Source: Gemmatimonadales bacterium (GTDB taxonomy: Bacteria > Gemmatimonadota > Gemmatimonadetes > Gemmatimonadales > GWC2-71-9). From it: a DNA stretch of 64,000 bases. The stretch lies in assembly GCA_041615815.1 (NCBI GenBank), contig JBFJCP010000002.1, positions 32,001 to 96,000 of the forward strand, written 5' to 3'. Shown here piece by piece: positions 9,784-20,048 of this stretch. Each line of letters begins with the position of its first letter. The stretch's first letter is position 1. Made by a program: the position numbers and the translations under genes. The notes beneath the pieces are model-generated. The model did not search any database. It had not been told where the DNA came from and saw only the letters and a program-made list of their open reading frames with translations.

Positions 9784-11388
9784 ATGATCACAGCAGCTCT
9801 GTTGGCACTCGCGCTCCCCGCCCCCACGGCACCGCTCCCCGCCGTCGTCGTGCAAGATGCACCCGTCCGCGTGTGGCTCAACAAGCGAGACGGGGTGGAA
9901 CGGGGCGATCGGCTGCGGGTTCACGTGCGGACCGAAGAGGATGGGTATCTCGTCGTGCTCCATGCGGACCCCGACGGGCGGATCCGAATGCTCTTTCCCC
10001 TCGACCCCGTTGCCGATCATTTCATTCGTGGCGGTCGCGAATACGAAGTCCGCGGTCGCGGAGACCGGCATACGTTCACCGTGCGCGATAGCGACGGTGT
10101 CGGCACCATCTACGCCGCGTACTCACCTGATCCATTCCGATTCGATGGACTCGCGCGCGGCGGCCATTGGGATTACACGATTGGCGATTTCTGGCGGGTA
10201 CACGAAGACGCCGAAGGCGAGCTCACCGCAGTCGTGGAGCAGATGGCCAGCGGAGCGGGTTTTGACTACGACATCGATTCGTACGAACCGTACCCCGTGG
10301 TCGCGTATCGGCAACGATACCACTCGGGCTTCTATCGAAGCCACTTCTACGACCCGTTCTATTGCGATCCGTTCTATTGCAGCCCGTTCTACCTGGTGGG
10401 TCATCACGGTTACCACCCGCGGATTCACATCGGCATCGGATTACACTTCGGCTACGGGTATTACCGCCACTACCGACCGATTTACTACGACCCCTACTAC
10501 GACTCGTATTACTACGACCCATTCCTTTATGGATTTGGTCTCGGGTTCTATGGCTACCGAGGCGGGTTCGGGTTTCGTCATCCGAGAAATGCCATTTTCC
10601 TCGGGAACCCGGTGCGGCACAATCGCGGCTACACGTTCAAGTCACCGAGCCGCGGGTCCGTGGAATCGGTACAGAACAGGCGGCGGCCAACGAGTGGCGT
10701 AGGATCGCGCCGGCCGGCAGCGGCACCGTCCACTTCGCCCACGAGACGCACGCCGGCCACGACGACCCGGCGTCCGAGCGTGAGCCCGGGCGCACGACAA
10801 CCAGCGACGCCCAGGAACCGGACCCCCGGCCGGGTTCGGGTCCGAACGCCGTCGAATCAGTCGTCGGCCGTTCCCACCGAGCGGCCCCGTACGGGTCCCA
10901 CCGACGTCAGATCGCGGCGTGGAATCCAAGCGGTGGAGGAGCGTGGAGCGGACGGACAGACGCGGCGACACTACAACATACGGATTCACGGAAGCGCCCG
11001 GTCCCAGAGGGGGCAGACCGAGCGGCGGCAGGCTGTCGAGCGCCGTGCCGCACCGACTCAGCGGTCGCGCCCGGAAGCGCGGAGCAACGCCGGCCGTACC
11101 GCCCGCCCCACACAACCGTCGCCCACCCGCCGGACCCTGCGGGCTCCCGCGCGCTCGGGTGAGCGGTCACCGCGGACAGCCGCACCACAGCGGGCACCCA
11201 CTCGACGCCCGTCGGTCAGCCGGAGTCGGACGAGTCCGAGACAACCGGCGGCGCGTCCGTCCAGGTCTGTCCGTCCCAGCCGGAGCAGCCCTCGGGTAGG
11301 GACGCGATCGTCCGCGCGCCCATCGCGATCACCCGCGCGGCGCACCCCCAGCCGATCCCGGGGTTCGAGCTCTAGGCGACGCCCCTAA
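9784..11388 (+). CDS. Secreted DUF4384-like protein with Tyr-rich and Arg/Ser/Pro-rich low-complexity tail
   Basis: Signal peptide; GDRLRVHVRTEEDGYLVVLHADPDGRIRMLFP; GGAGGG RBS. Confidence 0.75.
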   Translation: MITAALLALALPAPTAPLPAVVVQDAPVRVWLNKRDGVERGDRLRVHVRTEEDGYLVVLHADPDGRIRMLFPLDPVADHFIRGGREYEVRGRGDRHTFTVRDSDGVGTIYAAYSPDPFRFDGLARGGHWDYTIGDFWRVHEDAEGELTAVVEQMASGAGFDYDIDSYEPYPVVAYRQRYHSGFYRSHFYDPFYCDPFYCSPFYLVGHHGYHPRIHIGIGLHFGYGYYRHYRPIYYDPYYDSYYYDPFLYGFGLGFYGYRGGFGFRHPRNAIFLGNPVRHNRGYTFKSPSRGSVESVQNRRRPTSGVGSRRPAAAPSTSPTRRTPATTTRRPSVSPGARQPATPRNRTPGRVRVRTPSNQSSAVPTERPRTGPTDVRSRRGIQAVEERGADGQTRRHYNIRIHGSARSQRGQTERRQAVERRAAPTQRSRPEARSNAGRTARPTQPSPTRRTLRAPARSGERSPRTAAPQRAPTRRPSVSRSRTSPRQPAARPSRSVRPSRSSPRVGTRSSARPSRSPARRTPSRSRGSSSRRRP

Positions 11389-11407
11389 GACACGCGCACG
11401 TTATTCC

Positions 11408-11442
11408 GCGGGCCGGCCGTGATGACACACGCGCCGGCCCGC
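11408..11442. terminator. Hairpin between convergent genes
   Basis: GCGGGCCGGC...GCCGGCCCGC inverted repeat. Confidence 0.4.
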
Positions 11443-11448
11443 TGGCGT

Positions 11449-12048
11449 TCAACGTCTGAACCTGGGGAGGTAACGTCCGGTTCGCTGACAATACCGTCGA
11501 TAATCGTCGCCGAACCGGGCGAAGAGTTGCTCCTCTTCGAGCGGTGTCCGCCGCACGAGCAGTAGCAGCGCCGGGATGGACACGGCCACGAAGAACCACA
11601 GGGCCGTCAGCACGGACAGCGTGAGCCAGAACAAGACGCCCACCGTATACAGCGGATGCCGGACCCAGCGGTACGGGCCGCTGACAACCAGATAGTGATC
11701 CAGACGGGTTTCCACCGAGGGCGTGACGTTTCCGCCCAGGCTCCTGAAAACCCAGACGAGCACCGCGACCTGCAAGACCGCCGCGCCAGCGGCAATCCAC
11801 CGAATCCAGCCTGGAATCGGTAGCGATGCCCAGGCCATCCACCTGGGGTTTGCCAGATACACCAGCAGCCCAACAAACATCGGGAGGGCGAGGAGCCGAA
11901 GCCACACGAGCATTCGTGTAGCGTCGGGGCGAGGAGACGGAGGCGTGGGATCGCTCGTTGCCGCTCGCCGGCGGTACCAACCGGATACCGAAAAGGCGAC
12001 CAACACCAGAACGAGCGTGATCCACCGAAACGGGGTTTCTGGAGTCAC
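11449..12048 (-). CDS. Isoprenylcysteine carboxyl methyltransferase / PEMT family membrane protein
   Basis: HYLVVSGPYRWVRHPLYT...EEEQLFARFGDDYRRY. Confidence 0.9.
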   Translation of the reverse strand: MTPETPFRWITLVLVLVAFSVSGWYRRRAATSDPTPPSPRPDATRMLVWLRLLALPMFVGLLVYLANPRWMAWASLPIPGWIRWIAAGAAVLQVAVLVWVFRSLGGNVTPSVETRLDHYLVVSGPYRWVRHPLYTVGVLFWLTLSVLTALWFFVAVSIPALLLLVRRTPLEEEQLFARFGDDYRRYCQRTGRYLPRFRR

Positions 12049-12238
12049 CGGGGCACGGAATTATGTGATGCTCATACTAAAATTAGGCTGCACTAATCAT
12101 AACCCGCAGGTGTGCCCGCTGCAACCGTCGCATAACGGCGCTGGCCCCCACGGCGCCACCGGCGTGCGGGTCCGGTTGTCCATTCGGACACTCTCTGACT
12201 CTCGATGACGTGCTGGAGTGACACCGGTCTGTAACATT

Positions 12239-12275
12239 CGGCGGCGGCTCGGGATTCGGGACCGAGCCGCCGCCG
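12239..12275 (-). terminator. GC-rich hairpin after the S41 peptidase operon
   Basis: CGGCGGCGGCTCGG-N9-CCGAGCCGCCGCCG; weak U-tract. Confidence 0.45.
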
Positions 12276-12287
12276 CTTGCACCTGCT

Positions 12288-12752
12288 CTAGGTGAGTGAA
12301 GCGAGGAGCGACGAACCCGCCAAGATGATGGCAGCGATCAGGAGGTAGCGGTCGTTGCGCGGCGCGATCACCACCAACAGCGCCGTGAAGACCGGCACGT
12401 ACGGGCCGATCTTGGGCAGGAACTCGCTGCCCCACACCGTGGGTGAGACCCACAGCAGCGGCACGAACATGCTGGCCGTCATCAGGCCGGCGGCCGCCAT
12501 CATCACCGGGTGCAAGGCGCCTTCCCGCCGGGCAACCGCCGCGACGAGAAACGCCCCTCCCGCGAAGACGCCGGTGGCGGCCGTCGTGGCCATGGACGGA
12601 TCCAGCTTCTTGAGCATCCACGTCCCTAGGACGGTCGCGGCCGCCCCAACCACGGCCGCCGCGAGCACCGTACCCCCCGACCTACCGGCGGCACGGCTTC
12701 GCTCGCGTTCGGCGTGACAGACCGCCCGCAGTCGACCCAGCACCGCAGCCAT
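12288..12752 (-). CDS. Hypothetical membrane protein
   Basis: Several hydrophobic segments; TGATG coupling to the upstream gene. Confidence 0.6.
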   Translation of the reverse strand: MAAVLGRLRAVCHAERERSRAAGRSGGTVLAAAVVGAAATVLGTWMLKKLDPSMATTAATGVFAGGAFLVAAVARREGALHPVMMAAAGLMTASMFVPLLWVSPTVWGSEFLPKIGPYVPVFTALLVVIAPRNDRYLLIAAIILAGSSLLASLT

Positions 12753-13519
12753 CAGGACGACTCCGTCAGAGCCCGAATCTCCGTCGGGAGCGCAAAGACG
12801 CTGTCATCCACAGCGCCATACTCGACCCGCTCCACGACAAATCCCTGTTCCTGGCCGAGCACCCGCTGCGTGACCCGCGCGGGGAGCCGGATCCCGCCAA
12901 AGTCGTTGTAGTCGTTCAGGACCGTCGTCACCTCGACCGCTCCCATGGGGCTATCTTGCGTGCGGAGGTTGCCGGCGAGCAGCCCGGTCTCCTTGTCGTA
13001 GAATTCCACGAACTCTTCGCCCCACTTCATCGTGACCTTGACCTTGTAACACGCCCGTCCCTCGAACTCGGTCTCTTCGAGCGTCTCCATCGAGGCCACG
13101 AATTTCCCGCGCTCCAGCAAGCCGTAGAACTCGGCCTGCTCTCGCATCTGGTTGAGCTCGAGGCCGTCGAGCAGCCGAGCTCCCAAGGCGGGATGGATGT
13201 TCCACCCTACCTCACCGTCGTAGCCGCTTCGGATCACCCCGATCCCGCTGAGCCGAACGGTCGTGGACACTTTGTTGGGCGCTGCGGCGTACACCTCGAG
13301 CGGACCACTGATTCCCTGGCTGGGAACGTTGAACTGTCCGACGACGTGTCTCGCCTGGGGCTTCTTCAACGCCGCGCGTCCCCCCATGGCTTCGATGTGC
13401 CGCTCTTGCAGGGTCGCGGGTTCAGGCAGGGCGGTCGTGGGCGACTGCGCCTGGGCCAGTACATTGCCGGCGATCAGCAGGGCGCTGACGAGCCCCACGG
13501 TCATTCGTAACGTTTGCAT
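12752..13519 (-). CDS. Exported protein, LolA-like/outer-membrane lipoprotein-sorting fold candidate
   Basis: Signal peptide; HIEAMGGRAALK, GYDGEVGW, FYDKETGLL, DYNDFGGIRLP, VDDSVFALP; GGAGG RBS. Confidence 0.65.
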   Translation of the reverse strand: MQTLRMTVGLVSALLIAGNVLAQAQSPTTALPEPATLQERHIEAMGGRAALKKPQARHVVGQFNVPSQGISGPLEVYAAAPNKVSTTVRLSGIGVIRSGYDGEVGWNIHPALGARLLDGLELNQMREQAEFYGLLERGKFVASMETLEETEFEGRACYKVKVTMKWGEEFVEFYDKETGLLAGNLRTQDSPMGAVEVTTVLNDYNDFGGIRLPARVTQRVLGQEQGFVVERVEYGAVDDSVFALPTEIRALTESS

Positions 13520-13545
13520 GTCACTACCTCCACGACTGAACGTGT

Positions 13546-14949
13546 TCAAGGTCGATTCGCGCACGCGGCCTCCCCGCACGGATCACCGACGCCGCCGCTC
13601 GTCCGATTGCGCTGATCGGCGATCCAAGCCACCGCCGCATCCAAGATCGGGTCGTGACCGGCCACGAGGGCCGCTCTCGTTGGAGCGATCGACTCGTCCG
13701 GAATCACGCCGCGGCCTTCGAGGGTGACCCCATCGGCGGTCACGAATTCGGCAAAGGCGTGGTACAGCACGTCACCGTTGGGGAGCCGATCCATGCGTGC
13801 CGGAAGCACCGCACCCGCTGTCCGCTGTCCAAAGACCCGCACCCGGCCAATGCTTTGCATGCCCCCGGCAAACGTCTCCGACGCACTGGCGGAGAGTTCG
13901 TCGACGAGCACCGCGACGGGTCCGGCAAAGGGGGTCACCCGCTCTCCCATGGGTGACACTCGCCGAGGATTGGCCGCGTGGCGCAAGTTGGTGGTCCTGG
14001 TGCGGAACGTCCCAAACTGGATGCGGTCGTCCAAGAAGTGACCGGCGACACCCATGACCATGCCGCCCACCCCACCCGGATTGCCCCTGAGGTCCATCAC
14101 GATGCCGTCGAGACTGCGGAACTCGTGCACCGCCGTATCGATGGTCGGTAGAAGGGGGACCATCCAGACATTGAACCAAATCACGCCCACCCGAAGCCCA
14201 TCCGGACCCGGAACGGCCCGGCGTGCGGCACGCCCGAAAAACGTGGGGAGGTTCCCGATCTTCACGGGCACGCTCGGATCCCGTCGGCGTACAAGATCCA
14301 GCGTCACTGGGCGGTCGCGGGAGTCCCGAAACTCGAGACGCACGCCAGTCCCTTGCTCGCCAGCCAGCAGCCGGCTGACTCTGCGCCATGCGCGGAACTC
14401 GACGGTGTACCGGCTGGAGTCCGCTCTGAGGGCCCGCACCACCTCGTCGATCTCGCCGTCGTCCACCCGCACGAGCGTCCACCCCGGCTCGACGCCAGCT
14501 GCCAACGCCGGCCCTTCCTCATCCACCTGGGTCACCACGATCGTGTCCGCGATCAGCCGAAAATCGAAGCCGAGATCTCCCACCGTGTCGAGACCCGGAT
14601 CGCCATCCTCCGGATCCAGCGTGTCGGCCGCCTCTTTTGGAATCAGTCCAAAGTGCGACTGGCCCAACCGTCCGAGCATCTCCCGAATAGTGCCGCGCAG
14701 CTCCTCACGTTCCGTTGCCGCCTCGGCTCGCGGTCGGAGCTCTTCCCGGAGGGCCACCCAATCCACTCCGTTGAACGTGGTATCGAAGTGGCTCTCGTGC
14801 ACGATGCGCCAAGCCGCATCGAAGGTTTCGAGACCCACCTGGCGGTCGTACGGGGCCACCGTGGTCGCGCAGGCAGCCACGATCGGAACCAAGGTCACGA
14901 CCGCCCAGTGCCTGAGCGCGATCTGCGCGTATGCGTACTCTTGCTGCAT
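13546..14949 (-). CDS. S41 family (C-terminal processing) peptidase, lipoprotein
   Basis: IVMDLRGNPGG, VLVDELSASASETFAG, FGQRTAG, LEGRGVIPD; VAAC lipobox. Confidence 0.9.
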   Translation of the reverse strand: MQQEYAYAQIALRHWAVVTLVPIVAACATTVAPYDRQVGLETFDAAWRIVHESHFDTTFNGVDWVALREELRPRAEAATEREELRGTIREMLGRLGQSHFGLIPKEAADTLDPEDGDPGLDTVGDLGFDFRLIADTIVVTQVDEEGPALAAGVEPGWTLVRVDDGEIDEVVRALRADSSRYTVEFRAWRRVSRLLAGEQGTGVRLEFRDSRDRPVTLDLVRRRDPSVPVKIGNLPTFFGRAARRAVPGPDGLRVGVIWFNVWMVPLLPTIDTAVHEFRSLDGIVMDLRGNPGGVGGMVMGVAGHFLDDRIQFGTFRTRTTNLRHAANPRRVSPMGERVTPFAGPVAVLVDELSASASETFAGGMQSIGRVRVFGQRTAGAVLPARMDRLPNGDVLYHAFAEFVTADGVTLEGRGVIPDESIAPTRAALVAGHDPILDAAVAWIADQRNRTSGGVGDPCGEAACANRP

Positions 14950-15174
14950 CGTCTCTCTCTCCTCGGGTCATCGCCGCCCCGCGCGGCAGGTGCAGGGTAC
15001 CTGCATGGGCGAAGCATCACAACGGTGCGGTGGGTGAACGGTCGGATTGGAGGGCCCAGCGGCGGAGCGGGCTCACGGACGGTGCGTCATGCGCGGGAAC
15101 GGCCACCTCCCCGGGAAGCCCCGGGGCCCAAACGTCTTCCTCCGAGCACACCTTGGCTATGCGACGTGCGGATC

Positions 15175-15924
15175 CTAGCCCTGGAGGATCCGCTTCACCT
15201 CGGCGGCGCGGCGGCGGCTCACGTGTACCTTGGTGCCGTCGGTGAGGGTGAGCGTGGCGGACCCATCGCCGTTGCTCTCGACGTGGCGGACGGCCTCCAC
15301 ACTGACGAGCTCGGAGCGATTTGGGCGGACGAAAAGCTCACCCACTCGCGATTCCAGTTCGGAGAGCGTGTAGTCGGAAATGAAGATTCCGGATTGGGCA
15401 TGGGCTCTGACGATCCCGTCCTTCACGTTGAAGCGCGACACTTGGTCGATCGGCATCAGGCGGTGTCCCCGTCCCTCACGCACGAGAACACGTGGGCGGC
15501 GTGGCGCCGAATACCCAACGGCGCGTTGAAGCCGCTCGAGCAGCTCGGTTGGGAGCGCCGTCGGCTGGCGGTGGGCAATGCGGTCCCGAGCACGGCCGAG
15601 CGCACGTTCCAGCCGCTCCAAGGTGACCGGCTTCACGACGTAGTCCACGGCCTCGTGATCGAAGGCCTTGAGAGCGTACTCGTCGTAGGCGGTTTGAAAG
15701 ATGATGAGCGGCTTGGGATCGGGCAGGTGCCGCACGACGTCGAAGCCATCCACCTCCGGCATGGCGATGTCGAGGAGGACCACATCGGGACTTCGTTGTG
15801 TGATAAGCTCCAGGGCCTCGACACCGTTGGTCGCTTGCCCCGCGACTTCCACGTCAAGTTCTTGCAACATGAGCTCGAGCCGTCGACGGGCAGCTGGCTC
15901 GTCGTCGACAATGAGCACCCGCAT
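15175..15924 (-). CDS. LytTR family response regulator
   Basis: LIVDDEPAAR, IIFQTAYDEYALKAF, FVRPNRSELV, VHVSRRR. Confidence 0.93.
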   Translation of the reverse strand: MRVLIVDDEPAARRRLELMLQELDVEVAGQATNGVEALELITQRSPDVVLLDIAMPEVDGFDVVRHLPDPKPLIIFQTAYDEYALKAFDHEAVDYVVKPVTLERLERALGRARDRIAHRQPTALPTELLERLQRAVGYSAPRRPRVLVREGRGHRLMPIDQVSRFNVKDGIVRAHAQSGIFISDYTLSELESRVGELFVRPNRSELVSVEAVRHVESNGDGSATLTLTDGTKVHVSRRRAAEVKRILQG

Positions 15925-15925
15925 G

Positions 15926-17083
15926 TTACGAGGCGGTGGTACGCTCGAGGGGGAGCCTCACGGTCACGGTGGACCCGCTTGGTCCGCTGCTCACCTCGAG
16001 GACTGCCCGATCGCCGTACAAGGTGCGAAGCCGCTCGCGCAGGTTTCCCAGTCCGGTGCCTTCCCGGTGCCGTTTGGGGAACCCAATGCCGTCATCACGA
16101 ACCTCGAGAGCGAGGTCACCGTTGTTTCGGCTGGCCTCGATGGCGAGCGTGCCACCGTCGAGCCGTGTGCCGAGTCCATGTCGCAGGGCGTTCTCCACCA
16201 GGGGCTGCAGGGTCATGGGAGGGAGCGGTAGATCCAACACGTCGGGAGCGATGGTCCACGCGACCTGGAGGCGGTCTCCCCACCGCTCCTGCTCCACCGC
16301 AAGATAGGCCTCGAGGTAATCGAGCTCCTCGCGGACGGTGCCGCGCCCGTTTTGCGAGCGGTCCAACGTGCGGCGCAGGATTTCAGCGAGGTTCTCGACT
16401 GTCGCCTCGGCGGCCCGTCCGTCCGTCCGCACCAGCGAGGCTACCGTATTGAGCGCGTTGAACAGGAAGTGCGGATTCATCTGCGCTTGCAGGGCGGCGA
16501 GTTGTGCTTCGGTGGCTTCGGTGCGCGCCTTGGCCGCCGCTTCCGCCTGCTCGCGTGCGTGGCGATAGAGGAAGCGCGTCGTGTCCCGCACCGTGCGAAT
16601 GGCGAAGAACACGTAGTAGCTGAACAGGGCCAGGACCACCAGCATGATAGGCTTGTCGATGGCCGAAGGAATGACGAGTCCAATGGCGAGCGCCATAAAC
16701 ACCCCACCCAGAATCGCCATCCCCGGAAGCACCAGGAGCATCTGATGAAGGTGGCGGTGCTCGGCTCGAAACCACGTCTGGACCCGGCGATCGCAAGCCA
16801 CCGCTCGGCGCTGTCCCGCCTGATGAAGGACGAACGCGGTCGTCAGCATCGTGAGACCGGTCATGCCCAACGCGAACCCCGCGAGTCGAAACGGCTCGAA
16901 CCCCTCGGTTCCTGTGACGGCATCCACGACCACGACTACCAGAACGAAAAGGAGGGAACCCACACTCAGCCAGAGTGTTCGCCTGACCTGGGTCGGGGCG
17001 TCCGCCACGGTCGCCGCCAGGATCTGCCGAGTGGACCACTCCAACGATTCCCCAGAGGGGATTTGATTCTCTTGATCGGACAT
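15926..17083 (-). CDS. LytS/AlgZ-type membrane histidine kinase
   Basis: ALQAQMNPHFLFNALNT, LQPLVENALRHG, GTGLGNLRERL. Confidence 0.93.
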   Translation of the reverse strand: MSDQENQIPSGESLEWSTRQILAATVADAPTQVRRTLWLSVGSLLFVLVVVVVDAVTGTEGFEPFRLAGFALGMTGLTMLTTAFVLHQAGQRRAVACDRRVQTWFRAEHRHLHQMLLVLPGMAILGGVFMALAIGLVIPSAIDKPIMLVVLALFSYYVFFAIRTVRDTTRFLYRHAREQAEAAAKARTEATEAQLAALQAQMNPHFLFNALNTVASLVRTDGRAAEATVENLAEILRRTLDRSQNGRGTVREELDYLEAYLAVEQERWGDRLQVAWTIAPDVLDLPLPPMTLQPLVENALRHGLGTRLDGGTLAIEASRNNGDLALEVRDDGIGFPKRHREGTGLGNLRERLRTLYGDRAVLEVSSGPSGSTVTVRLPLERTTAS

Positions 17084-17338
17084 GCCACGTAATCTCGCCG
17101 TTTCCTCGCCGTCAGGCGACCCGTTGCATGATACCAGATACGCGCTCGCGTACTACCGGAGCACCCCCGAACGGTCGGGAAACGGGGCCGGGCGGCTAGT
17201 CTCGGAGCTCGAGTGGTGGATGGGGTCGACTCCTTCGTACCGGCGCGGAACTTGAAGCTATCTGGTGAATTGGCCCGGATGGCGCCTTTCCAGGTCTTCG
17301 CCTTGACGTGGGTGGGCCGCCCCATTTCTATACGCGCC

Positions 17339-17413
17339 ATGAGCTTGACCGCCAGCGCTCCGCACGGACATACGGGTCACCACCCGGGATCGAAGGGGTC
17401 CCCACCCGTGTAG
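17339..17413 (+). CDS. hisL: Putative his operon leader peptide MSLTASAPHGHTGHHPGSKGSPPV
   Basis: 24 codons with 4 His in a 7-codon stretch, directly before a terminator and hisG. Confidence 0.7.
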   Translation: MSLTASAPHGHTGHHPGSKGSPPV

Positions 17414-17440
17414 TCCGGACGCCAGTGCTGCTCTCACGCC

Positions 17441-17484
17441 ACAGCGACGCCGGGCCCGCGGGTCCGGCGTCGCTGTTTTGTCTT
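17441..17484 (+). terminator. Attenuator terminator of the his operon
   Basis: 13-bp stem ACAGCGACGCCGG/CCGGCGTCGCTGT (extended by G-U and C-G pairs), followed by TTTGTCTT. Confidence 0.75.
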
Positions 17485-17540
17485 CGCGGGGGCGGTCGAC
17501 GCCCTCCCGCTGGAACGAGGTCCGAAAGCGAGTTCGGTCG

Positions 17541-18401
17541 ATGACATCACCGCTGCACCTAGGCCTTCCGAAGGGCCGGATGGAGCCCGAGGTCTCGCGG
17601 CTTTTGACCGATGCGGGAATCCGCATCACACCCACAGCACGCGGATACCGGCCACAGCTCTCACTGCACGATACGGAAGCCAAGGTCCTCAAGCCGCAGA
17701 ACATCGTGGAGATGCTGGCCCTCGGGAGCCGCGACGTCGGCTTTGCGGGAGCCGATTGGGTGGCCGAGCTCGAAGCGAGCGTCGTCGAGATATTGGACAC
17801 AGGGCTCGATCCGGTCCGCCTCGTTGCGGCGGCGCCGGTGACCCTGCTCGAGCACGGGAAGCTGCCACACCGGCGTCTGGTCATCGCGTCGGAATTCGAA
17901 CGGTTGACTCAAGCCTGGATTGATCGACGGGGGCTACACGCCGAGGTCGTGCGCTCGTACGGTGCTACCGAGGTGTTCCCACCGGAAGATGCGGATGTCA
18001 TCGTGGACATCGCCGCGAGCGGTGCCACACTCCGCGCCAACGACTTGGTGGAGGTGGACGAGCTCATGCGGTCCTCCACCCGGCTGTATGCGAGTCCTCA
18101 GGCCATGGCGGACGCGGTCAAACGGAGACGAATCGAAGATCTCAAGCTGATTCTCTCGAGCGTGATCGAAGCTCGCCGCCGCGTGATGGTCGAGGTGAAC
18201 GCCTCTGCGGAGTGTCTGGACGCCGTGGTCGCGGCCCTCCCGTCGATGCGTCGGCCGACGGTGGCACCGCTCTTTGGCAACAGTGGCTATGCGGTGCGCG
18301 CCGCGGTCCCGCGCCACATGCTGCACCGTGTGATCCCGGCGCTCAAAGCCGCCGGGGGCAGTGACGTCGTCGTGACCGAGCTGGGCCAAATCGTTCCATG
18401 A
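17541..18401 (+). CDS. hisG: ATP phosphoribosyltransferase, long form
   Basis: LGLPKGRM, DVGFAGADW, GATEVFPPEDADVIVDI, C-terminal regulatory domain. Confidence 0.93.
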   Translation: MTSPLHLGLPKGRMEPEVSRLLTDAGIRITPTARGYRPQLSLHDTEAKVLKPQNIVEMLALGSRDVGFAGADWVAELEASVVEILDTGLDPVRLVAAAPVTLLEHGKLPHRRLVIASEFERLTQAWIDRRGLHAEVVRSYGATEVFPPEDADVIVDIAASGATLRANDLVEVDELMRSSTRLYASPQAMADAVKRRRIEDLKLILSSVIEARRRVMVEVNASAECLDAVVAALPSMRRPTVAPLFGNSGYAVRAAVPRHMLHRVIPALKAAGGSDVVVTELGQIVP

Positions 18402-19453
18402 CACAGCATCCACCGGGCCCCGCGCCGCGCACGAGTGAGAGACCGTACCATCGCTTGCCCATGGCCGGGACTTCGCTCAAGCTCGATGCCAACGAGGGCG
18501 CGCGACCACCGCAAGATCTCGTCGATACCGTGCGGGAAGCCGGTGCGGAGCTGCTCCGGCGATACCCCAATACATCGGATTTGGAGGTGGCGCTGGCCGA
18601 GCGGTTGGGTATCGATCCGCAGCGCGTGTACGCCACCGCCGGGGCCGACGATGCCATCCAACGATGCTGTTGGGCGTTCTTGCGTCCCGGGCGCGAAGCT
18701 CTCTTACCCAAGCCGGGGTTCTATCTCTTCGAGCGATGTGCGCGGCTGTTGGGAAACCCGATCGTGCCCGTACCTTGGCTCGAGGGTCCGTTTCCCCGCG
18801 ACGCATTCCTGCAAGGCGTGAGCGGCGCCACCGCCCTGGTGGCCATCATCTCCCCCAGTAATCCCACCGGAGCCGTGGCGACCTTCGACGACGTGCACAC
18901 GATCGCACGCCACACGCCACGCGCCCTCGTGGTGCTCGATCACGCATACGTCGAGTACGCCGACGAGGATTTGACCGCCGGCGTCCAGGATTTCCCGAAC
19001 GTCGTGGTGCTCAGGACCCTCTCGAAGGCATGGGGACTTGCCGGGTGCCGCGTGGGATACGTGATTGGGGCGCCGGAGGTGCTCGAGCCCCTCCGAGCGG
19101 CTGGCCAACCGTACAGCGTTGCAGCCCCCTCGGCCGCCATGGCCCGCCAGCACGTGACGACGGGCAAAGACACCGTCGTAGCCCATGTGTCCCGGGTACG
19201 AGAGGAGCGCCGCTTGTTGACTTCCACACTCCAGCGCCTCGGACTGCGGCCGTTGCCGTCACAAGCAAACTTCATCCTCGTGGACTGCGCCGATCGTGCA
19301 GCAGGGATACACAAGGCACTCGAGGACCACGGCATCGTGGTCCGCGCGTTCCCGGAGGACGAAGACCTGGCCACCTTCCTTCGGATCACCTTGCCCGGCG
19401 ACGAACGGGAGTTCGCTCAGTTGACCCGAGCGCTGACCGAGGTCCTCGCATGA
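18398..19453 (+). CDS. hisC: Histidinol-phosphate aminotransferase
   Basis: [36 protein letters not shown]. Confidence 0.93.
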   Translation: MTQHPPGPAPRTSERPYHRLPMAGTSLKLDANEGARPPQDLVDTVREAGAELLRRYPNTSDLEVALAERLGIDPQRVYATAGADDAIQRCCWAFLRPGREALLPKPGFYLFERCARLLGNPIVPVPWLEGPFPRDAFLQGVSGATALVAIISPSNPTGAVATFDDVHTIARHTPRALVVLDHAYVEYADEDLTAGVQDFPNVVVLRTLSKAWGLAGCRVGYVIGAPEVLEPLRAAGQPYSVAAPSAAMARQHVTTGKDTVVAHVSRVREERRLLTSTLQRLGLRPLPSQANFILVDCADRAAGIHKALEDHGIVVRAFPEDEDLATFLRITLPGDEREFAQLTRALTEVLA

Positions 19454-20043
19454 CGATTCGAGCCGCGAGTATCGAACGGAAGACGGGTGAGACGTCCGTT
19501 ACGGTGACCCTGACCGTCGATGGACGCGGGTCCGCATCCGTCGAGACCGGCATCGGATTCCTCGACCATTTGCTGACCGCTCTCGCCCGGCACGCCCGTT
19601 TCGATTTGATCCTCCGATGTCAGGGTGATCTGGAGGTGGACGATCATCACACGGCCGAGGACTGCGCCCTCGCGCTGGGATCCGCCCTGGATCAGGCACT
19701 CGGCGAGCGACAGGGGATCACGCGATTCGGTGATGCGCTGACTCCTCTCGACGAGGCGCTTGCTCGGGCCGCGGTCGATCTCTCCGGACGACCGTTTGCC
19801 GATGTCACGCTCGGTCTGACCCGAGACCGCCTCGGCGCGCTCTCCTGCGAGAACGTGGAGCACGTCCTGTCCTCGCTGGCCACAGCGGCTCGGATGACCT
19901 TACACGTGGACTGTCTCAAGGGCCGCAACGATCATCACCGCGCGGAAGCGGCATTCAAGGCGGTCGCATTGGCACTCCGCCGGGCGGTTGCGCCGTCTGG
20001 GTTCGACGACGTTCCCTCCACAAAGGGTACCTTGGGAGACTGA
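19450..20043 (+). CDS. hisB: Imidazoleglycerol-phosphate dehydratase (monofunctional)
   Basis: [42 protein letters not shown]. Confidence 0.95.
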   Translation: MTIRAASIERKTGETSVTVTLTVDGRGSASVETGIGFLDHLLTALARHARFDLILRCQGDLEVDDHHTAEDCALALGSALDQALGERQGITRFGDALTPLDEALARAAVDLSGRPFADVTLGLTRDRLGALSCENVEHVLSSLATAARMTLHVDCLKGRNDHHRAEAAFKAVALALRRAVAPSGFDDVPSTKGTLGD

Positions 20044-20048
20044 CGGGC

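Noticed and set aside
10330..10530. Short DNA repeats as a CRISPR or DGR element
   Set aside because: They are in-frame codon repeats (FYxDP, YYD) within a coding region; no spacers, cas or RT genes
14353..16452. 699-aa plus-strand ORF
   Set aside because: Antisense to three well-supported genes, no motifs; typical high-GC shadow ORF
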